Assembly: GCA_015680685.1 (NCBI GenBank)
Contig: MNCI01001632.1
Span: 1-64,000 of the forward strand
Length of the DNA stretch: 64,000 nt
Origin: Gnetum montanum
Taxonomy: Eukaryota > Plantae > Gnetophyta
Direction: 5' to 3'
Below are positions 48,280 to 62,200 of this stretch, piece after piece. The stretch's first letter is position 1. Every line of letters starts with the position of its first letter. A program made the position numbers and the translations under genes. The notes beneath the pieces were generated by a model. It was not told the DNA's origin and ran no database searches. It saw only the letters and a program-made list of their open reading frames with translations.

Positions 48280-51000
48280 CTAGCTATCATTGCATCTGGT
48301 CATAGAGGCATGGGAAGATTAAGGTAAAATTCACTTATGTAGACTTTTTCTAATCTTTCCAAGATTAGGGAGTGAGTAAGGTCTACTCTACACAAGCTTA
48401 TATTCGTCATCCCCTTCACTTACAATGTTAAACGGGAGTTCATCCCATAATGTATCCCATTTCCTATTGTTGTCATCATTGGCTATCTTGGGATTTTTCT
48501 CTTCATGGCTAGGATCTTCTTCTTGAAGCTCCACTTCAAACCCTTGTTCTATATCTACATTGTTGATAGGTAGGGGAGCTGCATTGTCACCATGAATGAT
48601 GATTCCACCCCCCTCATAAGGAAGGTGAATTTCTTGATGGATGGGTAAGGACATAGCTCATAACTAAGCCAACCAAGATCTTCCTAGGATAAGGTTGAAT
48701 TTAGGTGTCTCTTCCACCACCAAAATGTTTACAATTGTAGAAAATTTTTCTTTGGCTACAAAATCCAAGGAGATAGATGCCTTAATGGAAAATCTTGATC
48801 TATTGAAGGACTTAAAAGCTACAATGATCATAGGTTGTACTTATTCATTCAAGCCCGTGTTCAATTATGGTATACAAGATGACATTGGTTGCAATTCCAT
48901 CATCAACATGCATTCTATGCATTTTAAAATTTTCCTATGCATATGATTATGAATATAGGGGATGTAGCCACCTTGCCATTCTAGGGATTAATCTTAATTT
49001 TTCTATCATGAGTTGTTAATGGTCTTGACTTCCCCTTCCTTGGTGAGGGTGGAATCATCATTGCATGGATGGGTTTCGCATTAGTAGGAATATCCTTACT
49101 AATTGGTATGGAGGTCAACATTTTGATAAGCATCTTAGAATATGTGGCAAAAGTCATGATTAGATCATATAAGCTTAAAGTTTCATTTTTCTGCTTTAAT
49201 GATTTCCTAACTTGGTCCATTGCACTAAGGAAGCTTTTTTTGTTGACCATTGGCTTGTCACCCTTGTTGTTCTTTACTTCCTCCATGCAATCCAAAATGT
49301 GAAATTTGGCTTTAGGTTGTGGCTGTTGTGACTCTTTTCAATTGTTTTGGTTGTGGCGTTTGGTTTTCTCTTGTGGCTCATTGGTTGAAGATGCAGTAGA
49401 GAAGGTCATAGGTATAGCTAAAATGGAAGTGGGATTTAATGGATCCACTTCCTTTCATGCCTCCATCTACTTATCTCTCCTATTATCAGGCTTTTTCTTA
49501 TGCTTATTCCTTTTATTGGTTGTAGTTTTTTGGTTGTCAGTTGTTGGTTTTAAGGAAGAGGTAGTAGCATTGGCTACAATAAGGGGTTGTTGTGTAATTT
49601 TTTGGGCTATGGATAATTATATTGTGTTGGNCAAGTACACCACTATAACAAAAAGGCTTCTTTGGCTTTCTGTAACTCAAGACCTCCCTTCATTATGAGA
49701 GTACCATCACAAATGACTTTGAGAGAAACTTTTGTCATCAAGGTCTCCCAACCCAACACAATATAATTATCCATAGCCCAAAAAATTACACAACAACCCC
49801 TTATTGTAGCCAATGCTACTACCTCTTCCTTAAAACCAACAACTGACAACCAAAAAACTACAACCAATAAAAGGAATAAGCATAAGAAAAAGCCTGATAA
49901 TAGGAGAGATAAGTAGATGGAGGCATGAAAGGAAGTGGATCCATTAAATCCCACTTCCATTTTAGCTATACCTATGACCTTCTCTACTGCATCTTCAACC
50001 AATGAGCCACAAGAGAAAACCAAACGCCACAACCAAAACAATTGAAAAGAGTCACAACAGCCACAACCTAAAGCCAAATTTCACATTTTGGATTGCATGG
50101 AGGAAGTAAAGAACAACAAGGGTGACAAGCCAATGGTCAACAAAAAAAGCTTCCTTAGTGCAATGGACCAAGTTAGGAAATCATTAANTCGTGGATCAAG
50201 GTAGTAGAGTTTAGACTTAATGAATTCATTAACTACTTATTTGAATATGCCTAAAAAGTGGACTTTGCCTATGGGATCTAGTATTCCATTCAATAGTCCA
50301 TTCCACCATTGAATGAATTTTTGTGCAAGTTCTAAGGGCCCCTACTTGACCTTCATTAGTTGGTCAAGCATTATGTCAACCTTCAAGTTATACTTGAAGA
50401 AGTTGACAAACAAGGCTACTAAGTCTTCCAAAGAGGATATAGATCATCTAGGTAATGCATGACACCAATGAAGTGCTTTCTTAGTCAAAGACATATGGAA
50501 ATCCTCATGATGGATGAGGCCATGGCTACAATAGAAAACATTTAGATTAAAAGGTAATAAGGTAAGCATTAGGGTTACCTTCTCTATTGTATTTGCTAAA
50601 CTAGGGAATGGAGACACTAGAAGGGAGTATCAAAGATGGGACTACAAGACATATGGGATAATCTTGGTATAAGTCCATGATCTTAAGGATTTGTGTGGTA
50701 GAGGGTTTAAGCCTATCCAACTCCTCCATTACACCATGTATCATTTAGAAGGCTTGATCCAAGCCTTGCAGTGGTAGTGGCCCCATAGTTTGTGATTTTT
50801 GTACATAAGATATGAGGTTTGGGGCCTCATTATGGGTTGCATGATAGAAGGAAAAGGTTGTGCTATGGTTGTGGCTTATGGAACAAACAAAGAAAAAGAT
50901 GTTTGTGCTGGTACTTCAGGCACAAATGGGATAAATGTAGTGTGTGATCCTTCTATTGTTGAGGGTCTCATGGTAGAGTAGGAGGATAAGGGGGGTTTAT
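48280..51000 (-). pseudogene. gag: gag-pro of A
   Basis: HVDDGIATNVI (protease, ~48900); FNLILGRSWL; PIHQEIHL shared with B; gag relics at 50200-50650. Includes an N-bounded inverted segment. Confidence 0.85.
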
Positions 51001-51029
51001 CCCTTTATTAGAAATATAATATTAGCAAC

Positions 51030-52100
51030 ATTGGCTTCAAACATCACCCAAGTTGGCTTCCCAAGTGCCTCTATGTTCGGTATGACAAAAGGAAAAAGAA
51101 GGGGGCTGAGATAATGGAACTCTCACACCTTCTTATTCCAACATTGGAGAGAGAGGGAAAAGTTTGATGACCAAAAATGAAAACTTGGCAATTTCCAAAG
51201 ATGGGTTTGTCAAGCTACCAACTTTCAAGTTTGATGACCAAAAATGAAAACTTGGCAATTTCCAAAGATGGGTTTGTCAAGCTACCAACTTTCACTAAAA
51301 AGGAGGGAGAAGTAAGCATGGTTGGTATGGAAACAAAAATTAGTTTAGTAGCCAAGATAATCAAAACAAAAATTAACTTTTTATTAAGTCTTCCATAGTG
51401 TCTTTGCTCTAGGAATTTACAATAGATGTTGTGAAATTCCACCACCCAAACCACCTACAGCTTCCATGCTATGGTTTCTACCATAGGGGAGGGGTAAAGG
51501 TAGCATTGGATTCCTTGGGAGTTTTGGCTATAAAATGGCTTTCAACTTGCAATAAAATTAGATCTAGTTATAAAATTAGTTTCAAACATCACCAACACTA
51601 GCCTTCCAACTTCTTTCATGTTGTGTATGATAGAGTAGGAGGATTAGGTGGGGGGGGGGTTGAGGAAGAAGGGGGGCTGAGGTAATGGGAATCTCACACC
51701 TCCTACTTCAACATTGGTTAGGGGAAAGGCTAGAAACCAAAGTGGAAAGTTAGTATTTTCTTGCTAAAATTGGTTTTAGCTAGCTACTAATTTTCTCAGC
51801 TTGGAAAAGTGGGCAGAAAGCCAACCCATAGATGAGTTGAATCACTGACTTTAGAAACTAGACAAAATTATTTTGGAAGTAAAAAAAATATGGGGAAGAG
51901 ACATTAATGTTGGCTTTGGGCTATAAAAGTTACAACAAATATTGTGAAAGGCGAAAACCCAAACACCTGCAACTTCCACCTTGTAAGTTTGGTCACAGGG
52001 GAGGAAAGACCAACATTGATTTTTCAAGGGTTTTGGTATCAAAACAAATTAAGGAAAAGCTTGCAAGTGGTTATGAAAAGAATAGATTTGGTTATAGAAT
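51030..52100. repeat. Two diverged ~545-bp tandem units in the 5' UTR of A
   Basis: aaacatcacc...ggggctgag(a/g)taatgg...ctcacacct at ~51040 and ~51585. Confidence 0.65.
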
Positions 52101-52110
52101 TTAGGTGAAA

Positions 52111-52128
52111 GCTCTCCTTCTAGTGCCA
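52111..52128 (-). promoter_or_regulatory. PBS of A (tRNA-Asn type)
   Basis: The - strand reads TGGCACTAGAAGGAGAGC, ~10 nt from the LTR. Confidence 0.85.
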
Positions 52129-52138
52129 AGAAAAACTC

Positions 52139-53039
52139 TTACGACCAAAAAGATTGATTGCTTAAATGAAAACTATAGATCCTTAGTGTAAGTAGTTATC
52201 CAATGCTAAATCCCTAGGGCCTTCATTATAAAAATGGGATTTGAGGTGCCCTAGCTAGTTTGGTAGATCAACCAGGGACTTATGAGATGCGAAATGTGGA
52301 AATGTGAATAGATCTAAATAATGCACAAATAATAAATTTAATTTTTAACACAAAACTTAAAACTTTATTTAAAAAAAGAATAAATAATAAGTTAGGGAAA
52401 TGTACAAATGATGCCTGGATGAGCAAAAAGGAGATTCACTTATGCAAGAGTTCAAAGCTTGTTGAAGCTAAGGTGATTCACTCCATGATCTAGGTTCTAA
52501 GTCACTCTTGATGTTATTAATCCTTCCCTTCTTGCTGCAACCTTGGATTTGTCAAATGGATCACTATTGGGGGGTAAGAAAGGTGAAATATTTGGATGTC
52601 AAGTTTCTTCACATTTGGGTGGGTGGGGAAGTAGGGGAGGGGGGGGGGGGGTCTTTATAGGCTAGGGAAAAAGTTTCCAAGATATGGGGAAACTTTCACA
52701 TTAGGGGGGAAAGTTTCCAAAACTTCCATCCTTCCACACTAGGGGTAGCTGAGATCTACCATCCTATAGGTCTTTTAAGCATAGAAAAATGCATACCCCT
52801 CATAAAACCCATCCCCCTCTCCCAATCCCAAATATAGACAATATGTGACTTTTCTAGCTTAGGAAATAAGGCTTAGACCACTTATGAGGCATTTTTCAGC
52901 CCCAAAAGTATAAAGTATGTGAAATTTCCCATTGTGGATTATAATTTTCACATGTACAATGAAATTTTACCTTTGACCTCATGGGGTGAAAGCTACATGA
53001 TGAAGATTGGTTATAACATGTAAAATTTTGTGGTGTTGA
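52139..53039 (-). repeat. 5' LTR of A, internally shorter than the 3' LTR
   Basis: Matches 5560-6000 and ~6650-7504; termini decayed (ends ggtgttga); followed by GA repeats. Confidence 0.8.
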
Positions 53040-53140
53040 GAGAGAGAGAAAGAGAGAGAAAGATCACATGGGCTCACTTACTATCAATTTTAAAGAACAT
53101 CGATGTAAATTATTAATTCACACCTATAAAGAAAATTATT

Positions 53141-56100
53141 CTAAATATAATAACACTTGAGATAGAAATTGTTGACTAGGTTTGCCAATTCATTTGCATC
53201 CATTGTTGCCAATATGAAGGCTTCATTGCCATACAATTTGATGACTAGAAAAGGCCCCTCCCAATTGGCTGAGAACTTGTCTACATGTTCATGAATATCC
53301 TTGAGGACTAGGTCTTCTTCCTTAATCTTTCATTTTTTCAAGTCATGCTAATGTTGTTGCTTATACCTCTCTTTGTATCATTTGATGTAAGCAAGCATTT
53401 ATATTCATTGCTCTACTACTAAATATAAGTTGATAGTACACAACTCATTATTCTGATCATTGTTGATGAAGCCAAATAGAGCCACTCTGAGTGATGGAAT
53501 CTTAATTCAAGAGGCAAAATATATTTATATCCATAAAAAATGCTATACAAGGTGACACCAATTGTAGTTCAAAAGGTAGTTTTGTAGGCCTAAAGTGCAT
53601 GGATATGTTGCTTATGTCACTTACATCTACTATTTTTTAGCATCTTTTAAGCAAGTTTATGATGACCTTGTTCTTATCTTCATCTTTTCTATTAGCTTGG
53701 GGATAGTATGGTAATGAAATTTTTTTTTTAATACTTATGTCTTAACAAAAGGATTGCATTTATCTATGACTATGGTAAGAGGTATGCCAAAATGGGCTAC
53801 TATGTTGTCTAGTATGAATCTATAGACTTGTTAAGAGGTTGTCTTCCTTAGGGGAATAAATTCAACCTACTTTGTAAAATATTTTATTATACTAATGATG
53901 AAGTTATGACCCATGAAATACTTAGGTATTATAGGTCCAATAATTTCAAGTCTCCACCATTGAAATGGCCAAGTTATATGAGTAGTATGTAACTTAGTTG
54001 GAGGTACATGTATTAGGTTGTTATGTCATTGACAAGTATCGCAAGTCTTAACCTTTTGCAAGTAGTTACTTTTCATATAAGGCCAATAATATTATAATTA
54101 TCTAATCTTTATAACCATGTCTTTAGGTCCTATATGTCCTCCACATACATCTTCATGAACTTACTCAAGGACTATGCAAACTTCAATTTTACCCAAGCAC
54201 ACTAACAAATATGCCATCATAAGACCATTGACATAGTGTGTTATTACCTATGATGACATATTATTTTGATATTTTACTTACAATGTCCTTTTGAGAAATA
54301 GTGAGGTTTTGTGAAGATTCACCATGTATTAGGTAAAAAATTATATCATAATACCACTCTTTTTTAGAAGTGGTATTAATAGTGGCTATAGAGATGCCTT
54401 CAGTGTTCTATATGATAGGAATAGAACCATTCATGATGAAGGAAGGTAACATGCTAAATACATTGGATGTCACACTAAGAGCTAAAGTTGCAATGACATC
54501 AGCTAATGTATTCTCAACTTGGTGTATATGTTGAATACCAACATCTATGAATTGTTGCATTATTTTTTGAGCTAGGTCACAATAAGGTTGCAAATGTTTA
54601 GCTTTACATGTATAAAACTTACTTACATAGTTAACCACAAGTTGTGAATCACCTTTTATCATTAGGCATTTGATCCCTTGGTCATGGGATACCATCATTC
54701 TTCTGGTTAGGAAATTTATTAGAAATTATTAAAATTATGATTTTGAGTTATTAGTGCTAGATTTAAGCTTTCTATTGGCTATGATCTTGTTTGATTTGGA
54801 GTTATAATGAGGGAATGTAACCATTTTTATTATGTTGCACACTTGATGTTTGTGTCATTTTTAGATTTCATAGAAGTTTATGAATTTTTTCTAAATAAAT
54901 GAAAGGGGTTTTGAATTTTTGAAGGTTATGGATGCATAGTGTTAACTTGAGCTTTCAAATAGTGTGGAATCACTCTACTTGGAGTTAAAATGATTTTTTG
55001 AAAAAAAAATTTACCAACCCTATATGAAAGGAGGTTTTTAGTAATAGCTACATTCATGTTAGTTTGATCACATTTTATGCAAAGATGGCTATGGATTTTG
55101 TCTTTCTCTAATTATGGCTAAAAAGCTTATGATTTTAGGATTCCTTCAATGATGGAATCATTGAAATTAGAACTAGAATAAGTTTTAAATGAATTTTTCA
55201 CTAATGAACTTTACCATGTTGTTGTTACATGGACATTGGAAATGGTAAGAAGAATATTAGATTACACTAGAAGGGGATGTTAAGATAATAGAATCACTAG
55301 CCCCATCGGTAGCTGAAGATCCATCAAAGTGCATAATAGCCTCATAGCCCTCAATTACCTTGTTAACAATGCTAACATGTTGATTAGGGAATTCAAGATA
55401 TATCACTACATGTTCTTCAACGAGGGAATTTGTGAGTTCTCTAGATATAGCTTGAATTTTGGTTGAAGCTTGGGAGATGTAATGTAGGTCAAACTCAACT
55501 ATTATGATCTTCCATCATGATATCTAGCTATTTTCATAAATGTTGATCATTATGGCTCTCAGTACATTATCCTTGCATGTGACATTGACTTGGCTCCTAA
55601 AGAGGTAGTATCTCCACTTCTTTAAGAGGAAGACTAGGGCTAGAAAATACTCCTCAACTATAGTGTATCAACTTTCATAGGCAATTAATGTATGGCTTAG
55701 GTATTATACTAGCAACTTTGCTTCATCATCTCATTTTTGATAGAGTAGAATGGTGATGAACATGTCAGAGATAACAAGGTACATGTAAAAAGGTTTATCT
55801 TTTACCATGGATAGTTGTGTCAATTCTTGCATAAGGTTTTCAAAGGCTTCTTGGGATTAGGTAGTCCACTCATAACGAACTCCTTTCTTAAGAAAGTATT
55901 GCATGAATTTTAGTTTATTTATAACGCTTGAGATAAACCTAAAAATAAATTGTAATCTACCTTGCAGTTCCCAAAGCTCCTTAAGGTTAGCAAGTGATAC
56001 CAAGTTGCTTATGATCTTAACCTTATTAGGATTGACATGTATTCCTACTTTAGACACTATAAAGCCAAGCATCTTACCGGTTTTAACATTAAATACATAC

Positions 56101-56470
56101 TTTTTAGGATTGAGGCTAAGTTTTTATTTGGGACATCACTTTAGTACTAAGTTAAGGTAATGTGCATGTTCATTGGATATTCTAGATTTAACTACTATGT
56201 CATCAACATAGTCATTAAGTAATCCTACAAGTAATCATTAAATGTGTACGTCATGGCTTGTTTATAGGTTGCACCCATATTCTTTCTACCAAGGGCATCA
56301 TGGTATAATAAAATATTTCCCAAGGATTCATGAATAGTTCTATGATAATCCTAACTTGATTGTATCCCAAGAATCCATCCATCAAAGATAATAAGACATG
56401 TTCAATCATCGTATTGATAAGGTGGGTCAATATAAGGCAAATGCCCATCACTTAGGATGTTTGCTTATTT
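53141..56470 (-). pseudogene. pol: pol of E (partial RT, RH, aRH, INT)
   Basis: LSLMDGFLGYNQV; DYVDD at ~56200; HFDGSS; KGDSQLVVN; INT with WEGPF. Contains a ~500-bp insertion at 54711-55210. Confidence 0.9.
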
Positions 56471-59205
56471 TTTTGGTTTAGATGTTGATTATTTTGATTC
56501 ATAATTATCTTTTTAGTGACTATGCAATAAATCAAGTTGGTAGTGATATTGATACTTATATAGTCAATTAAGTCAATGAATATTATTATCTTTGCAATGA
56601 CTGTGCAGCTAGTTAGGTCAATAGTAAGCTAAATACTTATGTAGTAAATTTAGTCAATAAATGTCATTAATTGAAATTTTAATTCTATTTAATTTTAGAA
56701 AGTGGTGGTGGGGTTGATGCTAACTTTTGATTATTTTTGAGTTTACTGCTATTATCATTAATTATTCCTTTTTACATTTGTTTATATTTGTTTAGTTGAC
56801 ATTTGGTTTGCAACTATTTTTATGCATGACTATTCAACTATCTCATACTTTTAACCAAACTCATAAGGTAGTTGTTTATTAGTATATTTACCCTACTTAA
56901 TCTTAGGAATGATTCCCTTGGTTTTGTGTATGTTTAAGATGATTATGTTAGTTTAGAAGAGAATGACTGAAAAGACAATCTTAATGATTAATTCATGCTT
57001 TTAAATGTTGATTTAAGAATGGATTTAAATTTAAATTTAATTTTATGCTATAATGTTCAATTCGATTGTGATATTGGGATGTTTGAGAAGTTCATGATAA
57101 ATCCCTAGGATGCTTTTCAATTTATAATGTTCATGCTATAACATTAACAAATCCTTGTTGGGGGGTTTGAGAAGTTGCATTATTGCATGGTTCTAAGAGC
57201 TCTTAAATGCCAAAAAATGCTAAAATATTCAAATGCCAAAGGATTTGAACCTATTCATGTTATAGGAGCTTGGTTTACATAGGGTTTTGATCATAATTTT
57301 TTTTGCAACTTATGCTTAATTGGTGCTACAAATTCTGGCTATGTGCAACTGTGGTGGGTTTCCAAATCAAGGGAGGCTATTATATGGGGTAAGTGTTATA
57401 CCCTCATGGAATCAAATCCATTTCATTTGCTAAAAATAGTAAATGGAAATTTGACCCATGCTAGCCCCTCCAATAGCAATGTTGATGTGCAGGATCCTCA
57501 CTGAAGTTAGTGCTATGTTGAGATCTTTTCCATGTGGTATCAACATTGGGGGGATAAAGTATCAATGCTGAGGGGGATGGTGTATCAATTCTAGGAGGTA
57601 AGGATTATACCCCTCACGTTGCACATGGATGATGTCACACACCTCCACACTAAGCATAGATGCTACTACACTCCTCCCCACTAAGGATAGATGAGTTACA
57701 ATCTCATGTAGGTATCTCTAGCATAGAAGATGCTATACACCCAATAAAACACATCAAAATGCCAATTTTGGCATCCCAAAAGGCATTTTTAACCTCCCTT
57801 CCCTCGACAATCTTAAATATAGACATTATGTAACTTTTTTCATGTGGGGGATGAGGGTTTCACCACTTAGGAGGCATTTTTAAGCTCCAAGAGCATAAAT
57901 TACTTAATATTGCACCTTATGGATTACAATTTTCACATTTACAATGATGTTTGACTAAGGTTTCATGCAATGGGATTACAAGTTTACAACATGCAAATTT
58001 GGTGGTGTTTCAGTGGATCCTCTTTATTGGTGTCTAGAGGATTATGTTGAGAGGCATTGACAAAGAGTACAAAACACATTGTAGGTTCACCATCGATGTT
58101 CCCTCTTCACTCTTCATTCAGTCATGTTGAATCATGTCGAAGAGTGCTTTTGATGATGGAAAAATGATATAATGAGATGAAGGTAATGTGATCATAGGAA
58201 AATGATCATAAGAACTAAAAATGCATTCCATAGTTAACATCATGACTATGACACTAACATGTTGGTCAATCAATGATTTTGGCACTTCATGTTTTGAAGC
58301 GTGGTTCACTTAGTAGATGTGTTTGATGAATCATCACCTCACTCCAAGGTTTATTTGACTACTAGGCTTACCCCTTTGCATGTTTGAATCCATAGGTTTG
58401 TTCTTTCATTTTCTTTGGTCATCTAGCTTCTTGGTAGTTTGCTTTCCATATTTTTGGGATCAAACATTCATTGGGTTTCTTTGCTAAAGCTAATTCTAAT
58501 ATGGTTTTCCTTACTAAATTACGTTTGTTACTTCTATTAATATTAATGGATTTCCCATCAAATAAGATGTGTTACACTCAATGGACTTAATGGTTTTCCC
58601 ATTGAATAAGATGTGCTACACTCAATGAACTTAATGATGGAGCATGACAAAGGAATTTCAAAAGGCCATAGTGCATGAATGTCATAGATAGTTTAACATT
58701 TCTATTCAAGGTAAGAAAGGCTATAACAAGGTTATGAGATTGGGTTTAAGGAGATGATAGCTAAAATGGGAATGGGATAAGCACTCTTGGCATAGCAGGA
58801 CAAACTCACTGGACCTTATGCTTTGAGGTTACATAGTGACTTGCTACCATGATGAGTGGTACCTTGATAATGAACCCGAACTACATCTTACAAGCATAAC
58901 TCCAAGAGGACAAGGAAACCAAGTAAATAAAGCATGTTGTCATGTTACAATTCATAAGGCCACATAGAATGATGAATGAAGACAAATGACCCAAATCACC
59001 ATGGTTTCCAGTTTGAGGCCATGGTAGGCCATGATGCCATTTTGAGACCCTAGTAGGTCATAGTGATAGCTAAAGATCTTAAAAAATCATGGTTTCATGA
59101 GTTTTAGGCCTTGGAAATTCATCTTGCCAATTTAAGGCCTTAGTAAGCTATTTATTTTGATTGACAAGTTATCGATGTTCATTGTTGACTATTGGTTCTA
59201 GCAAG

Positions 59206-62200
59206 CTACATGTAGTAAGGCTTTACGTAGGAATGAATGATCAGATTAGGCAACTCATTCCATTAATGTCTATGATCTTGAATTCTCTATTATCATAGGC
59301 TCTAGTGACTAGGAAGGATCCTTTCTAGTTGGCTAAGAATTTATCCACATGCTTGTGGATAGCTTTGGGGACCATTTTGCCTTCCTTGATCTTACACTTG
59401 GTCAACTTATGGTTGTGCTACTATTTTCACTTCTCTTGATAGCACTCAATATGAGCAAGCATTTGCACTCACTGCTCCTCCACTGAGTCTAGGTCCATGG
59501 TACATAGCTCCTTATTCTATTCATCATTGATGAAGCTGAATAGGATCATTCGAAGTAATGATACTTACAATTCAAGAGGTAAACCAACTTCAAAACCATA
59601 AACTTGGCTATAAGGGATTACATCAATTGTAGTATGATAGATCATTCTATAGGCCAAAAGTGCATGAACAATTTGCTCATGCCACATGCACTTACTATTG
59701 AAAATATTTTTAAGGAAATTGATATGGCCTTATTTCATGCTTCTACTGGTCCATTGGCTTGAGGGTAATATGATGATGAGAAAGAGTGCTTAATGCCTAA
59801 GTTGTGATAGAAGATTTTATTTCTTGGCAACTAAATTATGGTCCATTATCTATAACTATTCTCATAGGTGTGCCAACACGAGCTACAATGTTATCAAATA
59901 TAAATCTACAAACTTGTTTAGATGTTGTTCTTCATTAACCCAAGTTGTAAAGTATTCAGTTGTAGTGATGATGAAACTATGTCTCATGGAAGACTTAGGT
60001 GTTATAGGTCCAATGATATTCAACCCCCACCACTTAAATGACCAAGTTATCTAAGTATTGTGCAACTCAATTGGTAGTACATGTATAAGGTTACTATGAC
60101 ATTGGCATGTGTCACACGTTTTAACCTTCTCCAAGTAGTCACTTTTCATATAGGACTAGTAATAGCCTAAAAATCTAATATTAGTGGCCATAGCTCTAGG
60201 ACCTATATGTCCCCCACATATACTCTCATGAACCTACTCTAGGACATTGCAGGCTTTGGTTTTACATAAGCACAGTAATAATATGTCATCATAGGACCAT
60301 CAACATAATGTGTTATTGTCTACTATGACATACTATTTTGATCATTTACATACAACATCCTTTTGAGTAGTACTCAAGCCTTATGAAGGTTCACCATGCA
60401 TAAGGCAAGCTTGATATCATTATACCACTCCATTGCAGGAGCAGTATGGACTATGGCCATAAATGTATCCTTAATGCTCTATGTAATGGATATAACATAG
60501 TCCATAATCAAGGTGGGTAACTTGCTAAACACATATGGTGTCATACTAAGGGCTAGTGTTGTAATGGCATTGGCTATAGAATTTTCATTTTAGGGTATAT
60601 GTTGGATGTTGTAACGATCATAAACATTGGTGGCTAGAATCATCGAGGGGTCAACAAATGCATAACCTTAATCCTACCTCTACATGAGGGCCTTACTAGA
60701 AATGGAGGTGAAGCATCCTAAATGATCTTATCAATTGAATAGGGATTTTTCTGGTTGCAATCATGGTGGTGGATGCAACTAGGGGGTGGCATGGTTAGCC
60801 GAAATGCAAGTGCAAACAAAACAAAATGGTGCTAAGTGTCAAAGTGGTGCTTCACAATGCTAAGTGTAGAGCATAGCTATGAAATAGGGGCAAGCATAGC
60901 CAAGGGTTTCAATTGAAATGAAAGTGTCAACCCACAATGACTACCACCCATGCATAATACAATGTGACAACACATGAGAAAAATGTGAAAAGATGCAAAA
61001 CAAATGCCAAAAAATGCTAGAAATGGGAGAGAGGAATGGAACACCACCATAAATGAAAGTGTAGTTAACTCCACAAGGATCTTAGATGGTACATAGTGTA
61101 CAACAGGCATAGTGGGAGCACAGTCATAGTCTCAATGGTGTAGGGTCATGAATTCTGGTGCTCACCATGATGAACTGTGCCTAACAGGTTGGCTGCCATG
61201 ATGTACCATGCAGTATTCTACAAGGTTGCAACAAGCTTATAGTGTACCATGTGGTGTAGGGATGTCATGGGGATATGATATAGTATGCATTGCAGGAATG
61301 CCTCTCTACTAGTATGGTGTGCTCTAGGTCTCATTCGTCCATGAAGCTAAGTGAGAGTGTATGCTATGCTAGCTACACTTTAGAGCATAGTAGGCATAGT
61401 GAAAGTGTAGCAGAACACTTAGAAAAATTTTCATGCAATTGCTATTAATACTTAGAAAAAATTACAAAATAGGCCTTCATGCATGCTACACTACCTATGG
61501 TGTGGAGCATAACACCAACACATAGAAAAAATTTGTCAAGTTTTGACACTTAGACAAATTTGTAGAAAGTGCCATCATTCTGACACTTACAAAAATTTTG
61601 CAGTCTAGCAGTTAGAGCTAACTATAGTCAATACTTAGAAAAATTTGGGAAAAGTGCCACCATTTTGATGATTATCCAAATTTTTAGTTGAGATTTTGAG
61701 GCACAAAATTTTGTGGTGTTTCAGATGTCAACATCTGTAAATTGTTGTATGTGTTTCTTTTCTAGATCATAGTAACATTGAAAATGTTTAGCTTTACAAG
61801 TGTAAACCTGAATTAGTTGGTTGACCACAACTTCTGAATCATCCTTGGTTGTTAAATAATTGAATCCTTGGTCATGATATACCATCATCCCTCTAATTAA
61901 TCCCTCATACTCTACTATATTTTTGGTACATGAAAATTCAAAAACATAGGTGAAGGATTGGATTTCACCAAATGGGAATGTTACGATGGCAATAGCACTA
62001 GCCCCATGGGCAATTGAAGCTTTATCAAAGTGTAAAACTACCTCGTAACCCTCAAGAACTTAGCTAATGGTGTTGACATGTTCATCAAGGAATTGAAGAT
62101 CTATGGTTTCCTAGTCACCAATGGGTGAAACAATGAGTTGTACAGCTATGATTTGACCTTTCACCAAGGATTGAAAAATGTAATGAAGGTTAAACTCCAC

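Larger units (their letters stand above)
5558..53039 (-). mobile_element. Element A: Tat-like gypsy, ~20 kb once nested B and C are removed
   Basis: Homologous LTRs at 5558-7504 and ~52139-53039; PPT 7505-7518; tRNA-Asn-type PBS 52111-52128; pol 7746-11241; gag-pro ~48280-51000; GA repeats on both flanks. Confidence 0.85.
3426..56470 (-). mobile_element. Element E: Tat-like gypsy, 3' part only, split by A in its 3' region
   Basis: 3' LTR 3426-4509; 3' region 4510-5519 is homologous to D 58013-59000; sequence resumes after the (GA)n tract at ~53064 with INT-aRH-RH-RT to ~56470. Confidence 0.7.

Noticed and set aside
49195-50188. Perfect ~435-bp inverted duplication giving twin ORFs 49306+ and 49643-
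   Set aside because: It is bounded by Ns (49631, 50188), the same artefact. The ORFs are antisense frames of gag.
51160-51293. Perfect 67-bp tandem duplication
   Set aside because: Identical copies in an old element suggest an assembly overlap or a recent slip; there is no functional evidence.
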